Below, one piece after another: positions 12,701 to 25,474 of a DNA stretch of 64,000 bases. Position 1 is the first letter of the stretch, and every line of letters starts with the position of its first letter. This DNA comes from Octopus bimaculoides (Eukaryota), in contig NC_068983.1 of assembly GCF_001194135.2 (NCBI RefSeq), positions 100,900,669-100,964,668 of the forward strand, given 5' to 3'. A program made the translations under genes and the position numbers. A model generated the notes under the pieces. The model searched no databases. It saw nothing but the letters and a program-made list of their open reading frames with translations, and was not told where the DNA came from.

Positions 12701-12954
12701 AGTTTGCATATACAATATATAGAATATCAGAATATTTGCAGACGCTGGTGTCGCAAATAGCTAGCAGGCTTATCAAAAATTAATTATTACCGAAGGAAGC
12801 AGTATTAATACCGAAAGGTAATCATTATATGTAACTTAACATGGATACCTTATTAGAACACCGAATACTACGTCATCATTATTATGGTGGAACTCGAAGT
12901 AGATATAACTATAAATAATAGCAAGTAGAATGTTGAATAGAAAATAAATCAGCA

Positions 12955-13024
12955 GCTACCGATAGGACTTGAACCTACGTCTTCTGTGAGCATGTTAGAT
13001 GTGCTAACATTATATCATGGCAAC
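12955..13024 (-). pseudogene. Degenerate tRNA-like sequence (probable SINE head)
   Basis: GTTGCCA...CGGTAGC acceptor-like stem, T-arm GTAGG-TTCAAGT-CCTAT with B-box, A-box-like TGATATAATGTTAG; the anticodon stem does not pair. Confidence 0.5.
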
Positions 13025-13369
13025 CTTTCGAATGTTCTAAATCTGTTTTAGAAGTTTTGTTCTGACCAGCGAGAACTGTATGTTGTTTATATTGTAAAAT
13101 TATTTATTTATTTATTTATTTTGATTTTTAGAAACTTCAATTGAAAGGAAATAAATCTCAGAATAGATGAAACTATAAATGTCAGCATGTAGAATATATA
13201 TTTTATAACAATAATTTTTAAATATTTTTTCTTAAATTGAATTGTAATTTGGTATTACTTAGACAATCATAAATTTATAAATCTGACTTTATATTTAAAT
13301 ACGAAACTAAATACCTCAATCGAATTTTAAGTAACATTATGTGCACGACTTAGTCGTGTGTTTGACAAG

Positions 13370-13568
13370 ATGGCGTGCTTAATGGAAGTGGACAAACCGT
13401 CCACCAGTAATGGTACCGGTGTGGAAGTTGAGAATGGTGACGAATGTGATGTCATTGCTCCTGCTGGCACAGCTGGAAGTGTTTCTGTATCTTTACATCC
13501 GTTAGTTATCATGAATATTTCTGAACATTGGACAAGAGTACGCGCGCAAGAAGGCAAACCAATGCAAG
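13370..13568 (+). CDS. COPS6: COP9 signalosome subunit 6, exon 1 (199 nt)
   Basis: AAGATGGCG start; MACLMEVD...GSVSVSLHPLVIMNISEHWTRVRAQEGKPMQ; donor G|GTAACT, phase 1. Confidence 0.95.
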
Positions 13569-14790
13569 GTAACTAACATTATAATCGATCTGGCTTTCAA
13601 ATATTAGTTTTTTTATGTTTAATATTTGCTTCCATCATGATTTTTATTTAACTGTGTCTTTGTTTTTATTTTGTTCTCATTTGTAAATATAATGTAGTTG
13701 TAACCCCTTTGTTATCACTTGTATAATTAAGGGATAAAAAAAATTAAAAAAACATTGAAAAGATATTACCCGCTTAGCTGTCTACTTTACTGATGAAACG
13801 ATATTGCTCTTATTTTTTGATTGTTTAATAACAACTATTTCATGTTATCTTGGGCTTATGCAATATTCTGTATAGCTTCTTGTCATTCAAAAGAAAATAT
13901 TTATAAATCCCATCGCCTGTTATATGTATGCATTGCCATGTGTGCCTATAAACATAAAATGTATAGTTTGTGGTGAATGGAATAAACCCTTTCATTTTTT
14001 TATATTCAAAATGACATTTTAATTTAGATAAATATATTTATTAACTTCACCCCAGTTTTTATCTGTCCGTTAAATATCTGAATTTCAAGTCGTCTGATTT
14101 AATATTACGATATGTAACTAAATTTAGCCTAAACGATTTACATCCTTCGAGTTACGTCCCTTGTTTCCCGTCTTTTTTAAAAAGGAACACAATCTTTGAT
14201 TTTATTTTTAGGTAATAAAAATAATAGATTTACGTAATTGTTGTCGATCAGTCTCTTTTTTTTTTCTCTCTCCTAAGACATTCATAGTATTGTCAGTATT
14301 TTGCTTATTGACTATGTAGAAATGTTTTGCGAATAGATGTTTAAGTAATTTAATTATTTCGGTTATCTTCTGCGTTAAAAAGTTAAAAAAATATGACTAG
14401 ATGCAATTCCATACATTGTCTCGGTTTCGTGATTTATTAGGAATATAATATAGATTGAGAGCTATTTGTGTGCACTATTCTTCATTCAGTCTAATACTAT
14501 GATTTTTCAGTTTTTTTTTTGCTTCAAAATTATTTAGTTATGTGTGTGGAGTGTAAACTTTTTCATAAGTAATGTCACTTTCTATAATTACTATTTCTTA
14601 TATATATAAGCTGATAAAATATCTCATTTCATGGTCTGTTCTTGGTTCAGATATTCATTTCAGAACAATTGTTCATTATCTCAATACATCTGAGTCTCTT
14701 AAAACAAAGCATCATTCGCATAGACATGTATCTCTGTCAAAACTAACTTGATACGGATAAGAATAAACATCAACTGGAATTACTATGTTT

Positions 14791-15035
14791 CAGAACAAAA
14801 CTAATCACCTGAGAGGCTAATTTCTGGAAACAGCAAAGGGTCAGAAAAGTGTCATGAGACAATGATCAACCTTCTTCCCCTGCTCTTGCTCTGCAAAAGC
14901 AATGAAGTATCATGCTAACTGGAAGTCACTCTCCTCTTCATCATTTACCAGTTCATGGTTCATTTTTGAATAATATTTCAGAGTGAATAATGGGTGCTAT
15001 GTAACGAAACCTATAAACTATTAGCATAACTGAAC
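14791..15035 (+). repeat. Copy 1 of a ~250-bp block duplicated within COPS6 intron 1
   Basis: Aligns by eye with 16697-16952, including identical 28-bp and 23-bp stretches. Confidence 0.85.
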
Positions 15036-16696
15036 GTCTTCTTCTTAGTCAATCATCATCATCATACGTCGTTTTTCATGCTGGCCGGTTTGACAAGGGC
15101 TGGCTAGACAGAAGACTACACCAAGCTTCACTGTCTGTTTTGGCAGTGTTTTTATGGCTGGATGCTCTTCTCAACACCAACCACCTTACAGAGTGAACGG
15201 AGTACTTTTTATGTGGCACCAGCACTGACAAGGCCTGTTTTGGCATGGTCTTTTTAGTGGATGCCCTTCTAAACACTAACCTATCTAAAGTGTGGACTGG
15301 ATGCACTAGCACTGGCTGGGTCACCAAGTAACTTGCAAGACAAATATCCGTTGAGAGGGGGCCATAGTAGGAGGTGGCCTTATGCCAGGTGATGAGAGGT
15401 TAGAGTGTCTAACAGGTGTCTTGATGTAGAAGAGCTACATAGTTGCCCAGTCAGAGGGAGAGAGAGAGAGAGAGTGAACAAGGTGAGGACAGAAACGGGT
15501 GTGTTGTTGTAGAGGAGATACATTGTTACCCAGTCAGAGGGAGTGATTCAAAGACAGTGAGAGGGTGGGAGAATGGTGTTGAAGTGCAGGGCATACTTTC
15601 AAGGTACGGGGATCAGAATATAAATGGGATGGTAGAATGCTAAAATTTAGTAATAATAATAAAAACTGCTATGGGCGTATCTTCTCTCTTCAGGCCAACA
15701 AAACTATTTTTATGGCTTGATCTTTTGAAACCCACACAACTACAGTATTCTCAAGGAGACTAGTGCAGGTATATACTAGGCTAGACCAGTGCAGCCAAAA
15801 TCAAACATTGAGCTCTATTTTGATAGGAAAGCATTTAAGTAGTCTACTTCTTTGTATAGTTACAAAATTCTTCAATTCTTCATGGTTGTGTGTAGTAGAG
15901 TATCTTCAGTAAAATGCCTTCACTTACTCGTACATCGATAGTGACACATGAGGGATAGGTTTGGAGCATATTTTGCATGATACAACACTTATACAGTATT
16001 AGAATTATAACAACGTCATCAACATCAGTTCCACTTCTCAGAGTGAGAAGTAACCCACAAGGATTTGTCACTCATTATTTCTAATCCATCACTGCAAGAC
16101 CACACACAGTTTCATATATGCATGTATTGAATCCACTCTGCCCATCATTCACTCCTTTCACCCGGATTTGAATATCAAAGACTTTCTTTAGTTTAGCTTA
16201 AAGTCTCTCCTCCTTATTTCTTTAAGTTTATCTGTGGTTTCTGCTACTCTCCAAACTTCTCCAACCAACCAATGGCTATTTTTCTGCACTGAGGGCATTT
16301 ACCTTACCTCACCAGTCTGAAATTGTTATCATTGTTGACATCAAAGCCTCATTCTGATGTTGGAATTATTTGCCATTCCAAACTGTCTGCATTGATTAAT
16401 ATCCATGCTTACCATCTGTTTGACATTCCAAACATCCCCAAACCTTTTCTCATCAATCCAGCATTTACCCAACCACCATCATCTTATCTCTACCAAATCA
16501 AGATAATACAACATCTTCTTATCATACAACACATATTTACCAGTCCCTCTAATTTTCAAGTTAGCTAATTTATCAGACACTTGCTAGTTTATGCCAGCTG
16601 CTCTTGTCATCAAATATACTTCACTCCTCAGATAGCCAAAGGAGTGATTGAGGAAAGAAAGTGGATGCACTGTGGTCATTATTGTCTCATATGTTA

Positions 16697-16952
16697 CAGA
16701 ACAATGCTAATCACCTGAGAGGATAATTTCTGGAGACAGCAAAGCGTCAGAAAAATGTTATGTATTATGAGACAGTTGTGATCTACCTTCTTCCGCTGCT
16801 CTTGCTTACCAGAAACAGTGAAGTCTCTTGCTAACTGGAAGTCACTCTCCTCTTCACCATTAAACTAAGTTCATGGTTCATTTTTTAATAATATTCCAGA
16901 GTGAATCATGAGTGCTGTGTAAACAAAACATAAACTATTAGCATAACTGAAC
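16697..16952 (+). repeat. Copy 2 of the duplicated intron-1 block
   Basis: Aligns with 14791-15035. Confidence 0.85.
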
Positions 16953-17600
16953 AATAGTTTTTTTAATATTGATCTTTGTATGTCTGCTTTGTTTATCGAT
17001 TCTTGACTTCATAACAGACATCTGACCAAAGAAATAACATTTCTCTAGTTATATTGTTCATTCATTTATTCAGCTTCTGTTTTTTTCATGCTTGCATGAG
17101 CTGTATGAATATGTTATTTGAGGCATTGTTTTACAACTGGCTGTCTTCCTTGATGCTAACTCTTATCTGTTTTTAAAGTAAGAGATCTCTTATTCTACAT
17201 GGCCTTGAAGATATGCAAACTGGATGATTTGTTGACAGGAACAACACTGCTTACTGCAACTCTTGTACAAGTGACCACTGATGTAAACAAACACAAACAT
17301 GCATACACATAAAAACATGTCTATATAATGTATGTGTGTGTGTGATCATCATCATCATCATCGTTTAACGTCTGTTTTCCATGCTGGCATGGATTAGATG
17401 GTTTGACTGGGGACTGGCAAGGTTTCTACAGATGGTGCTTTTTTTATGTGCCACCAGCACAGGAGTCAGTCAGGCGGCACTGGCATCGGCCATGTTCGGA
17501 TGGTGCTTTTTACGTGCCATCAGCATGGGGAGCCAGCAGCACTAGCATCGGCCACAACTACAATTTCCATTTCAATTTGATTGTGATTTTGATTTTACTT

Positions 17601-17639
<39 letters not shown>

Positions 17640-19735
17640 ACAATCTTCTTGCAGTTTCTTTCTTCCAAACCCTTTCACAAGGCTTTGCTCAACCTGGGAC
17701 CATAGAAGACACTTGCCCAAGATGCCACACTATTGGACTGAACCTGAAATTATTTGGTTGTGAATCAAAGTTCTCAACTACCTACCCATTCTTGTGCCTC
17801 ACAATATTCTCGATAACAACTGCTGATATTAGCCAATAAGGGAGCTCCAGCATGGCTGTTTGATTTTCTAGAAATAGTAGCTACAATTCCTCCAAATTAC
17901 ACCTTATTGTTTTAATAAAAGGATAAAATGGTTAATGTAGTTTTAAATATGTTGAAACAGTGTAGATGTAAATATTGAAAGAGTTTATTTTCATGGCAAG
18001 GTTGATATTCTAATAATACTGTAAGCTTATTAGGAAGTTGTATTTCAGGTTTTTTTTTCCCTTTGCTTAATCCTTCTGAATAAGAATTGTATTACATTAC
18101 TTCGTAGTTGTATTTCATTAATCTCAACATAGGAACACTTCATTTTAATATAAAGTAGCAAGTGCTTATTTGTTAAAATCTGAAACTTAGGTTGTAATTA
18201 AGCCTTGGGTCAGCCCTTTTGAGGCAGACCTATGATGAAATACATTCTATTTTCAACCATTTTTTTCTCAGCAGACTGTCAAGTATTACCTTCATCAATG
18301 TGACTGTTTTTTAAAGATAGGTATGACTCAAGGAAATTTGGTTGCCCTTTCTAGTAAGTTGAATGACCATGCAAGACCTTCCATGTTGGTTTGTCTGAGA
18401 ATGAAGTTCTTTCAAATGCTTTGGTTGCCTTTTATTGTAGGATTCATGTTGAAAGAAATATTGGATAAAATTAAATACCGTTTTTAACCTTTTTGTTACC
18501 AACCGAGACTGCCTCTCATTAAATGATACAAAGTTTCTATTTTCAAGTTATCAGATTTAAAACCTACCAAAACTTGATGTTAATTTGTGTTCCAAACACC
18601 AGCTTAATAATAAGGTTATTTTACTAAATCTTCATTATTTTAAAAATCAAGGGAAACAAAGGCAGCATATTTCAGCAGTATCCTGGTATGACTTTAAACC
18701 GCATCCAGTTACGGGGATCTGGTTTAGGAATTCCAGACTTTTGAGGAGTGTGGAACCACCTTTTTGTCATTATTGTTCCCAGGTCTACTCTGCCCCTGAG
18801 TAGTAGCACCTGTCATGATCCCAGCTCTGGATTAAATAGCCTGTGACCACTTGAGCCAGTGTACATTGAAATTATAGGATGCAGAATGGTGGATGTGAAC
18901 TATTTTGGCAACTGTACTTATTGAATCAATGGCAAATATCACTGGATACTATGTGGATGAGCAGGCGACAGATTGTCAACAGCCAGGATCAACCAGTTCA
19001 GTAAGCAAACTACTGCTATCATCTGTAGTTAAGGCATGCACAGATGTCATAGATTGAATAAATCCAGAGAAACAGGGTGGGGAAGAGCTGGATTGAGACA
19101 GAAATGTTGATATGTTCAATATGTAACAGAAGAGAAAGTAATAATGGTTGTTATAGGTGAAGCAGAGTTACAACTAAATCAGTATGAAAAATTCTTGATA
19201 TAAGACCTAAGTATGTACATAATGTTTTGTCTTCTATTGGGTTTTTCCTCTTGACTATTTTCAAAGTAGTTCCAAAAATATGTCCAAATTATCATAAATG
19301 TTTTTGTTTCATCTTACTGCTCCCTTCCTTTTCTCTCTTATTAATTGCTGTGACTGGTTCAGCTTTAGTCAATATTTATGAGTAAGAAATACTAAATAGT
19401 TGAAGTTAATCTTAAATATTGTTTTTCTAACCATAAGTGTTCATTTGAGACTGTAGGCAGTGCTTATAGACTTTTGAGACCCTTTCGGAATTGGAGTAAG
19501 TTCTACAGTTGATGTTCATTTTTAGTTGTTGCAGATTGAAGGTAATACAAGGTAAAACAAATTCAAGAAGCTTGTAATTGTAGAGGAAATAGATTGTATA
19601 GAGACTCTAATGTTCATTCGTTGGTGATGGGAAGAAGAAAAACAAATGTATGAAGTGATTCAAGCAAAAGTAGCATACATTCAGGAAGTTTAGAGGAGCA
19701 GAGACCATTATAGTAGCCTTAGTTATCTGACACTG

Positions 19736-20051
19736 AAGGTACATGGCTCAGTAGTTAGTGTCAGGCTCACAGTCATGAAGTAGTGAGTTCAATTCCCAGA
19801 CTGGGTTGTGTGCTGTGTTCTTGAACAAAATGCTTTATTTCATGTTAGCTGTAGAAATGAGTTGCGATGTCGCTGGTGCCAAGCTGTATCAGCCTTTGCC
19901 TTTCCCTTGGATAACATAAGTGACGTGGAGAGGGGAGACTGGTATGCATGGGCAACTGTTGGTCTTCCATAAACAACCTTGCCCAGACTTGTGTCTTGGA
20001 GGGGAACTTTCTAGGTGCAATCCCATGGTCATTCATGACCAAAGGGGGTCC
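19736..20051 (+). mobile_element. tRNA-derived SINE
   Basis: Head GGTACATGGCTCAGTAGTTAG...GAGTTCAATTCCCAG; body and tail (CCATGGTCATTCATGACCAAAGGGGGTC) match the copy at 63745. Confidence 0.75.
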
Positions 20052-20839
20052 TTTAGTTATGTGACAAGAGGATACAGCTTAATATACCAGCAGTTGTAAA
20101 GAGTTGGTGATTGAAATCTTCAGTATTGTTGAGGAGTATTTTTTTTTCTTCTATTACAATTTAGAATATGAATTCAGACAGTTCTCTATAGTGATAAATA
20201 AGCGATTGTGCTTTGTGTAGGGTTTGCAGATGTTCAGGACTAAGTATCTTCTGGCATTGAATAGTGATCTCAACCTTTGTAACTTTTCACAGATTCTTTG
20301 TTTTTTTGGAGTTGTTGCATCTATAAAAGGCTTATGAGAAATGTTAAGCCAAATAATTTATAGGAAATCTGATGTATTTGTTCTTGAATAGTGAGGATAC
20401 AGTAATGTGAATTGTTTTGTTTTTGGAGATATATAATGTGTATGACTGTTAGCAGATAAAGCTGTCAAGTTCATCTCACAGTATGTTTGTTCATAGAGGA
20501 CATGATGGCTTGTGGTTGAGTTGTTATGGATCTGCTTACTTGACAGTATTAAGGAGGAAATCTAATTTTTAAATTCCTTTTCTAACATTTTATTTAGATT
20601 AGCTACCAACATTTTCAAAAGGTGATAAACTAACTGAAAATGACAAAGAAAAGTGTCTAAGGGCAAAATAGTGGGTCAATGGCATGAATTTAGATAAGTT
20701 AAAAGTGATGTACTGAATGACATAGGCATAAAGCTTTAGGAAAAAGTAATTAATAAATCTCATTAAAAATTTCTTTAAAACAATTGAAAATTGCCCATGT
20801 TTCATGCTCTTAAAATTGAATGCTCTTTTCTTTTTTAAG

Positions 20840-20968
20840 TGCTAGGAGCTCTGATTGGTCAACAGAAAGATAGGAATCTTGAAGTCATGAATTCTTTTGA
20901 ATTGGCATATGATAAAGTTAATGATATAGTCATCAATATGGAGTATTACAAGACCAAAGAAGAACAAT
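20840..20968 (+). CDS. COPS6: COPS6 exon 2 (129 nt)
   Basis: (V)[21 protein letters not shown]...YYKTKEEQ; TTTAAG| acceptor, T|GTAAGT donor. Confidence 0.93.
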
Positions 20969-21249
20969 GTAAGTGTTGTTTCCACGAAGAAAAGGTTTTT
21001 CTTTACATTTTCCTGAAATACTTGCTAATCACTTAATTTCTTTATTTTAGTTTGTTTATGATGAAATTTTTTATTCTGTCATCATCATCATTTAATGCCC
21101 ACTTTCCATGCTGGCATGGGTTGGACAGTTGGCATAATGCAAAGTTTAAAATCTTGACAATGAAATATTTTTCCCTCTGCCTTTATATGCATTCTATCTT
21201 CAGTTCATCTGTTAAATTTTAGATAACTTATTCAGCTACCTATACTATA

Positions 21250-21650
21250 GGCGCAGGAGTGGCTGTGTGATAAGTAGCTTGCTTACCAACCACACGGTTT
21301 CGGGTTCAGTCCCACTGCGTGTTACCTTAGGTAAGTGTCTGCTGCTACTATAGCCTCAGGCTGACCAAAGCCTTGTGAGTGGATTTGGTAGATGGAAACT
21401 GAAAGAAGCCTGTCATATATATATGTCTGTATATGTTTGTGTGTCTGTGTTTGTTCCCCCCCACCCACAACATAGCTTCACAACCGATGCTAGTGTGTTT
21501 ACGTCCCCGTAACTTAGTGGTTTGGCAAAAGAGACGGATAGAATAAGTACTAGGCTTATGAAGAATAAGTCCTGGGGTCAGTTTGTTTGACTAAAGGCAG
21601 TGCTTCAGGATGGCTGCATTCCAAATGACTGAAACAAAAGAATAAAAGAA
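21250..21650 (+). mobile_element. tRNA-derived SINE in COPS6 intron 2
   Basis: GGCGCAGGAGTGGCTGTGTG...GGTTCAGTCCCAC head; same family as 9478. Confidence 0.8.
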
Positions 21651-22330
21651 TAACTATCAACATTTAATGTCTATTTTGCCTGCTGTCATGGGTTGGACAG
21701 CTTGACAGGAACTGGCATGGTCAGGGCCGTACCAGGTTCCATAGTCTATTTCAGCATGGTTTCTACAGCTGGATGCCCTTCCTAATGCCAACCATTTTAC
21801 AGAATGTACTGGACATTATTTACATTAGATGGATATGTGTCCTCATCTTGTTTGTTGTTCTCACAACGCTTCGGCTGATTTACAACAAACAAGATGAAGA
21901 CACATATCCGTCCAATGTAAATAATTCCTCATCACTAAAATATAGAACAGAATGTACTGGCTATAAGAACATAAACCAACCATTAAATGTCCAGACATCT
22001 TACTTCGAGTGCTATGTCAGAACATTATCCCAGCCACTAAAAATGGTTGTACCATAAGGTATAGCAACTGGCATTATTATTACAGCAATGCTGCATTATT
22101 TTTTTCGTCTTTTACTTATTTCACTCATTGGACTGTGGCCAGGCAGGGGCACACTGCCTTGAAGGTTTTTATTCAAACAAATTAATCCCAGTACTTATTT
22201 TTTTAAAGTTTGGTACTTATTCTAACAGTCACTTTTACTGAATCATTAAGTTAATGAGATAGGGACGCAAACAAACCAATACTGGTTCTCAAGGGCTGGG
22301 CAGACATATATATACACACGCATGTATGTA

Positions 22331-23573
22331 TCATCATCACCATTGTTTAACATCTGCTTTCCATGCTGGCATGGGTTGGACGATTTGACTGAGGACTGGC
22401 AAGCCAGAAGGCTGCACCATGCTCCAATCTGATCTGGCATGGTTTCTACAGCTGGATGCCCTTCCTAATGCCAACCACTCCGAGAGTGTAGTGGGTACTT
22501 TTACATGCCACTTGCACGAGGGCATGGCAATGGCCATGCTCAAATGGTTTTTTTTACATTCCACCTGCACAGGAGCCAGTCCAGCGGCACTAGCAACAAC
22601 CTCGCTCGAGTACTTTTTCACGTGCAGCCGGCACAAATGTCAGTAAGGCGACGCTGGTAACAATCACGCTCAAATGGTGCCTTTTACGTGCCACCGGCAC
22701 GGAAGCCAGTCAGCTACTCTAGCAATGATCGCGTTTGGATGGTGCTCTTAGCGCTCCACTAGCACGGATGCCAGTCATTGAATTTGATTTCAATTTCAAT
22801 TGCCTCGACAGGTCTTCGCAAGCAGAGTTTAGTTTCCAATGAAGGAAAGGTATGCATAAGTGGGCTGGTTACACCCCTGGCATAGACCATGGGTTATGGT
22901 CTCACTTGGCTTGCCAGGTCTTCTCAAGCACAGCATATTTCTAAAGGTCTCGGTCACTAGTCATTGCCTCGGTGAGGCCTAATGTTCGAAGGTCATGCTT
23001 CACCACCTCATCCCAGGTCTTCCTGGGTATACCTCTTCCACAGGTTTTCTCAACCGCTAGGGTGTGGCACTTTTTCACACGGCTATCCTCATCCATTCTT
23101 GTCACATGACCATACCAGCGCAGTCGTCTCTCTTGCACACCACATCTGATGCTCCTGAGGTCCAACATTTCTCTCAAGGTACTTACACTCTGTCAAGTAT
23201 GCACACTGACATTACACATCCAGTGGAGCATACTGGCTTCATTCTTTGCAAGCTTATACATGTCCTCAGCAGTCATGGCCCATGTTTCACTGCTATGTAG
23301 CATGGCTGTTTGTACACATGTGTCATACAGTCTACCTTTTACTCTGAGCGAGAGACCCTTTGTCATCAACAGAGGCAAGAGCTCTCTGAACTTTGCCCAG
23401 GCTATTCTTATTTTAGCAGCCACACTTTCAGTGCACCCACCCCTGCTACTGACTTGGTCACCTAGGTAACGGAAGCTATCAACTATTTCTAGTTTTTCTC
23501 CCTGGAATGTGGCAGAAGTTGTTCTCTGCACATTTTCAGTGTTTATTGCTCCCGAGCATCTGCCACATACAAA
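22331..23573 (-). mobile_element. RTE-clade LINE, 5'-truncated 3' fragment
   Basis: RT C-terminal peptides LEIVDSFRYLGD, RIAWAKFRELLPLL, RRLRWYGHVTRM, GRGIPRKTWDEVVKHDL; (ATG)n tail. Confidence 0.9.
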
Positions 23574-24056
23574 ACTTACGTATATAAGTGTGTGTGTGTG
23601 TGTATATATATGACAGGCTTCTTTCAGTTTCTGTCTACCAAATCCACTCACAAAATTTTTACCAGCCCAGGACTATAGAAGACACCCAAGGTGTCGTGAA
23701 GTGTGATTGAACCCCAAACCATGTGGTTGGGAAGCAGAATCCTTACCACACAACCATGCCTACACCTATTGTTTCTCACAAAAAATATGGTCAACACCAG
23801 TTTCAACAAAATGAAACAACACAAGAGCCTCTCAGCAATTGCCTGAAATATTTATAGTTTTGGCAGAGATCAAACATGACTATATCTCTTCCCTTTCTCA
23901 ATAAAGGGCCTAAACTTGAATTGAGAGAATTTTTCCATTCCTTGTGGCAACTGTATTTTAACTATTACACTTGCTGTTTATTATTTAATTTTCTTTGACT
24001 TCATTTGTCACTTTAAACAACTGATTAAAGCATTATTTTTGTTTATTTTTTTCCAG

Positions 24057-24145
24057 TCAAACAAGTATTTAGTGATATGGATTTCCTTGGTTGGTACACA
24101 ACAGGAGGTCCTCCAACTCTTAGTGACATTAAAGTACACAGACAG
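24057..24145 (+). CDS. COPS6: COPS6 exon 3 (89 nt)
   Basis: (F)[29 protein letters not shown]; TTCCAG| and CAG|GTAAAA. Confidence 0.95.
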
Positions 24146-24251
24146 GTAAAACCTACATTGCCTTTCATTGTTGCTTCACCTATTCAGCTTCAAGTAGTTT
24201 TTATCTAAATTCTTTTGCTTGTAAACCATATGACATATTGCACATCATTAA

Positions 24252-24471
24252 CCCATTAGCATTTAAACTGGCCATATCCAGCCTAGATATTCCACTTATT
24301 TTATGTTTGAACTGGCCAGATCCAGCTTTTCATACCTATCTTACAATGTGTTTCTAAAATTCAAGAACCACATAATCAAAATCTTGAAGCTACAAGATAA
24401 TGCATGGTTATTTCAAAACAATGTGAATAAATATGCATTACATTTGACAGAGTAGTCTCAATGGTAACTGG
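24252..24471. mobile_element. piggyBac-type MITE
   Basis: TTAA at 24248-24251 and 24472-24475, starts CCCATTAGCATT; related copies at about 28370-28590 and 48893-49050. Confidence 0.6.
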
Positions 24472-24691
24472 TTAACAGGAGAGTTATCTAATTACATCTT
24501 TTTATCTTCCAAAACATTGCACACTTTTGGCATTTATATATAAGCAGATATAAGCATGATTAATTCAAAACGATATCAATAAATAAGAATTACATTTGAT
24601 AGAGTAATCTGAAAGCTGAAGAGTTATTTTAAAATATTATTTGTATATTTGAATTTTGAATATTAATAATATTGTGTTTGGTCATTTACAG

Positions 24692-24754
24692 ATGTGTCGT
24701 ATTAATGAAAGTCCAATATTTCTCAAGCTGAATCCCTTAGCAGGACACACTGAT
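24692..24754 (+). CDS. COPS6: COPS6 exon 4 (63 nt)
   Basis: MCRINESPIFLKLNPLAGHTD; TTACAG| and |GTATGT. Confidence 0.95.
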
Positions 24755-24859
24755 GTATGTATTTCTCAAGCTTCAATAAATTTCTATTTACCTATTTTCA
24801 TGTTTTTTTTTAATTGACAGAATACTTTGAAAATATATATGTATTTTTTTTTTCTACAG

Positions 24860-24898
24860 TTACCTGTTACTTTATATGAATCCCTTATAAACGGTCAG
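24860..24898 (+). CDS. COPS6: COPS6 exon 5 (39 nt)
   Basis: LPVTLYESLINGQ; TTTTTTCTACAG| and CAG|GTATGT. Confidence 0.92.
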
Positions 24899-25474
24899 GT
24901 ATGTATGCTCTTCCTTCTTCCTTTTGACTCCCAAATTTGTAAAATTAATATCCAAGATGTCTAGTATAATGTAGTATGTTTCTTTTAAAAGTTATTTAAA
25001 ATGTTTCAGTGACTTTCATCACACATCTTTTGACCTATTCAATAACCCTTTATCCTATGTTCTGCTTATTCCATTTTTGACAAAATGGAATGAGCAGAAC
25101 AAGGGGAAACATGTGGGATAAAAAGTCGTTGATCTACTTCACTGTTGTGCCATATAGACCCATACAAATGAATCATTTTTATATATCACTCAAATAAATA
25201 TTGGTTTCAAATTTTGGCACAAGGCTTGCAATTTTGAGGAAGGAGTAAGTCAATTAAATTGACCCCAGCGTTCAACTAGTACTTATTTTAATGACCCCGA
25301 AAGGATGAAAGGCTAACTTGACTTTGGCCGCATTTGAACTCAGAACATAATAGACAGACAAAATGCCACTAAACATTTTTCCTAATGTGCTAACAATTCT
25401 GCTAGCTTGTCACCATATCATTCGAATAAATATTGAGGCCATTAACTGCTTGATATCAATTCTATAGGTATGTG

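Noticed and set aside
11786-12722. Cys-rich ORFs as a host zinc-finger gene
   Set aside because: The motif is the L1/Tx1 C-terminal knuckle, the region is frameshifted, and no splice structure was found.
12955-13024. Functional tRNA gene
   Set aside because: The anticodon stem does not pair and the D-arm is degenerate; kept only as a tRNA-like remnant.
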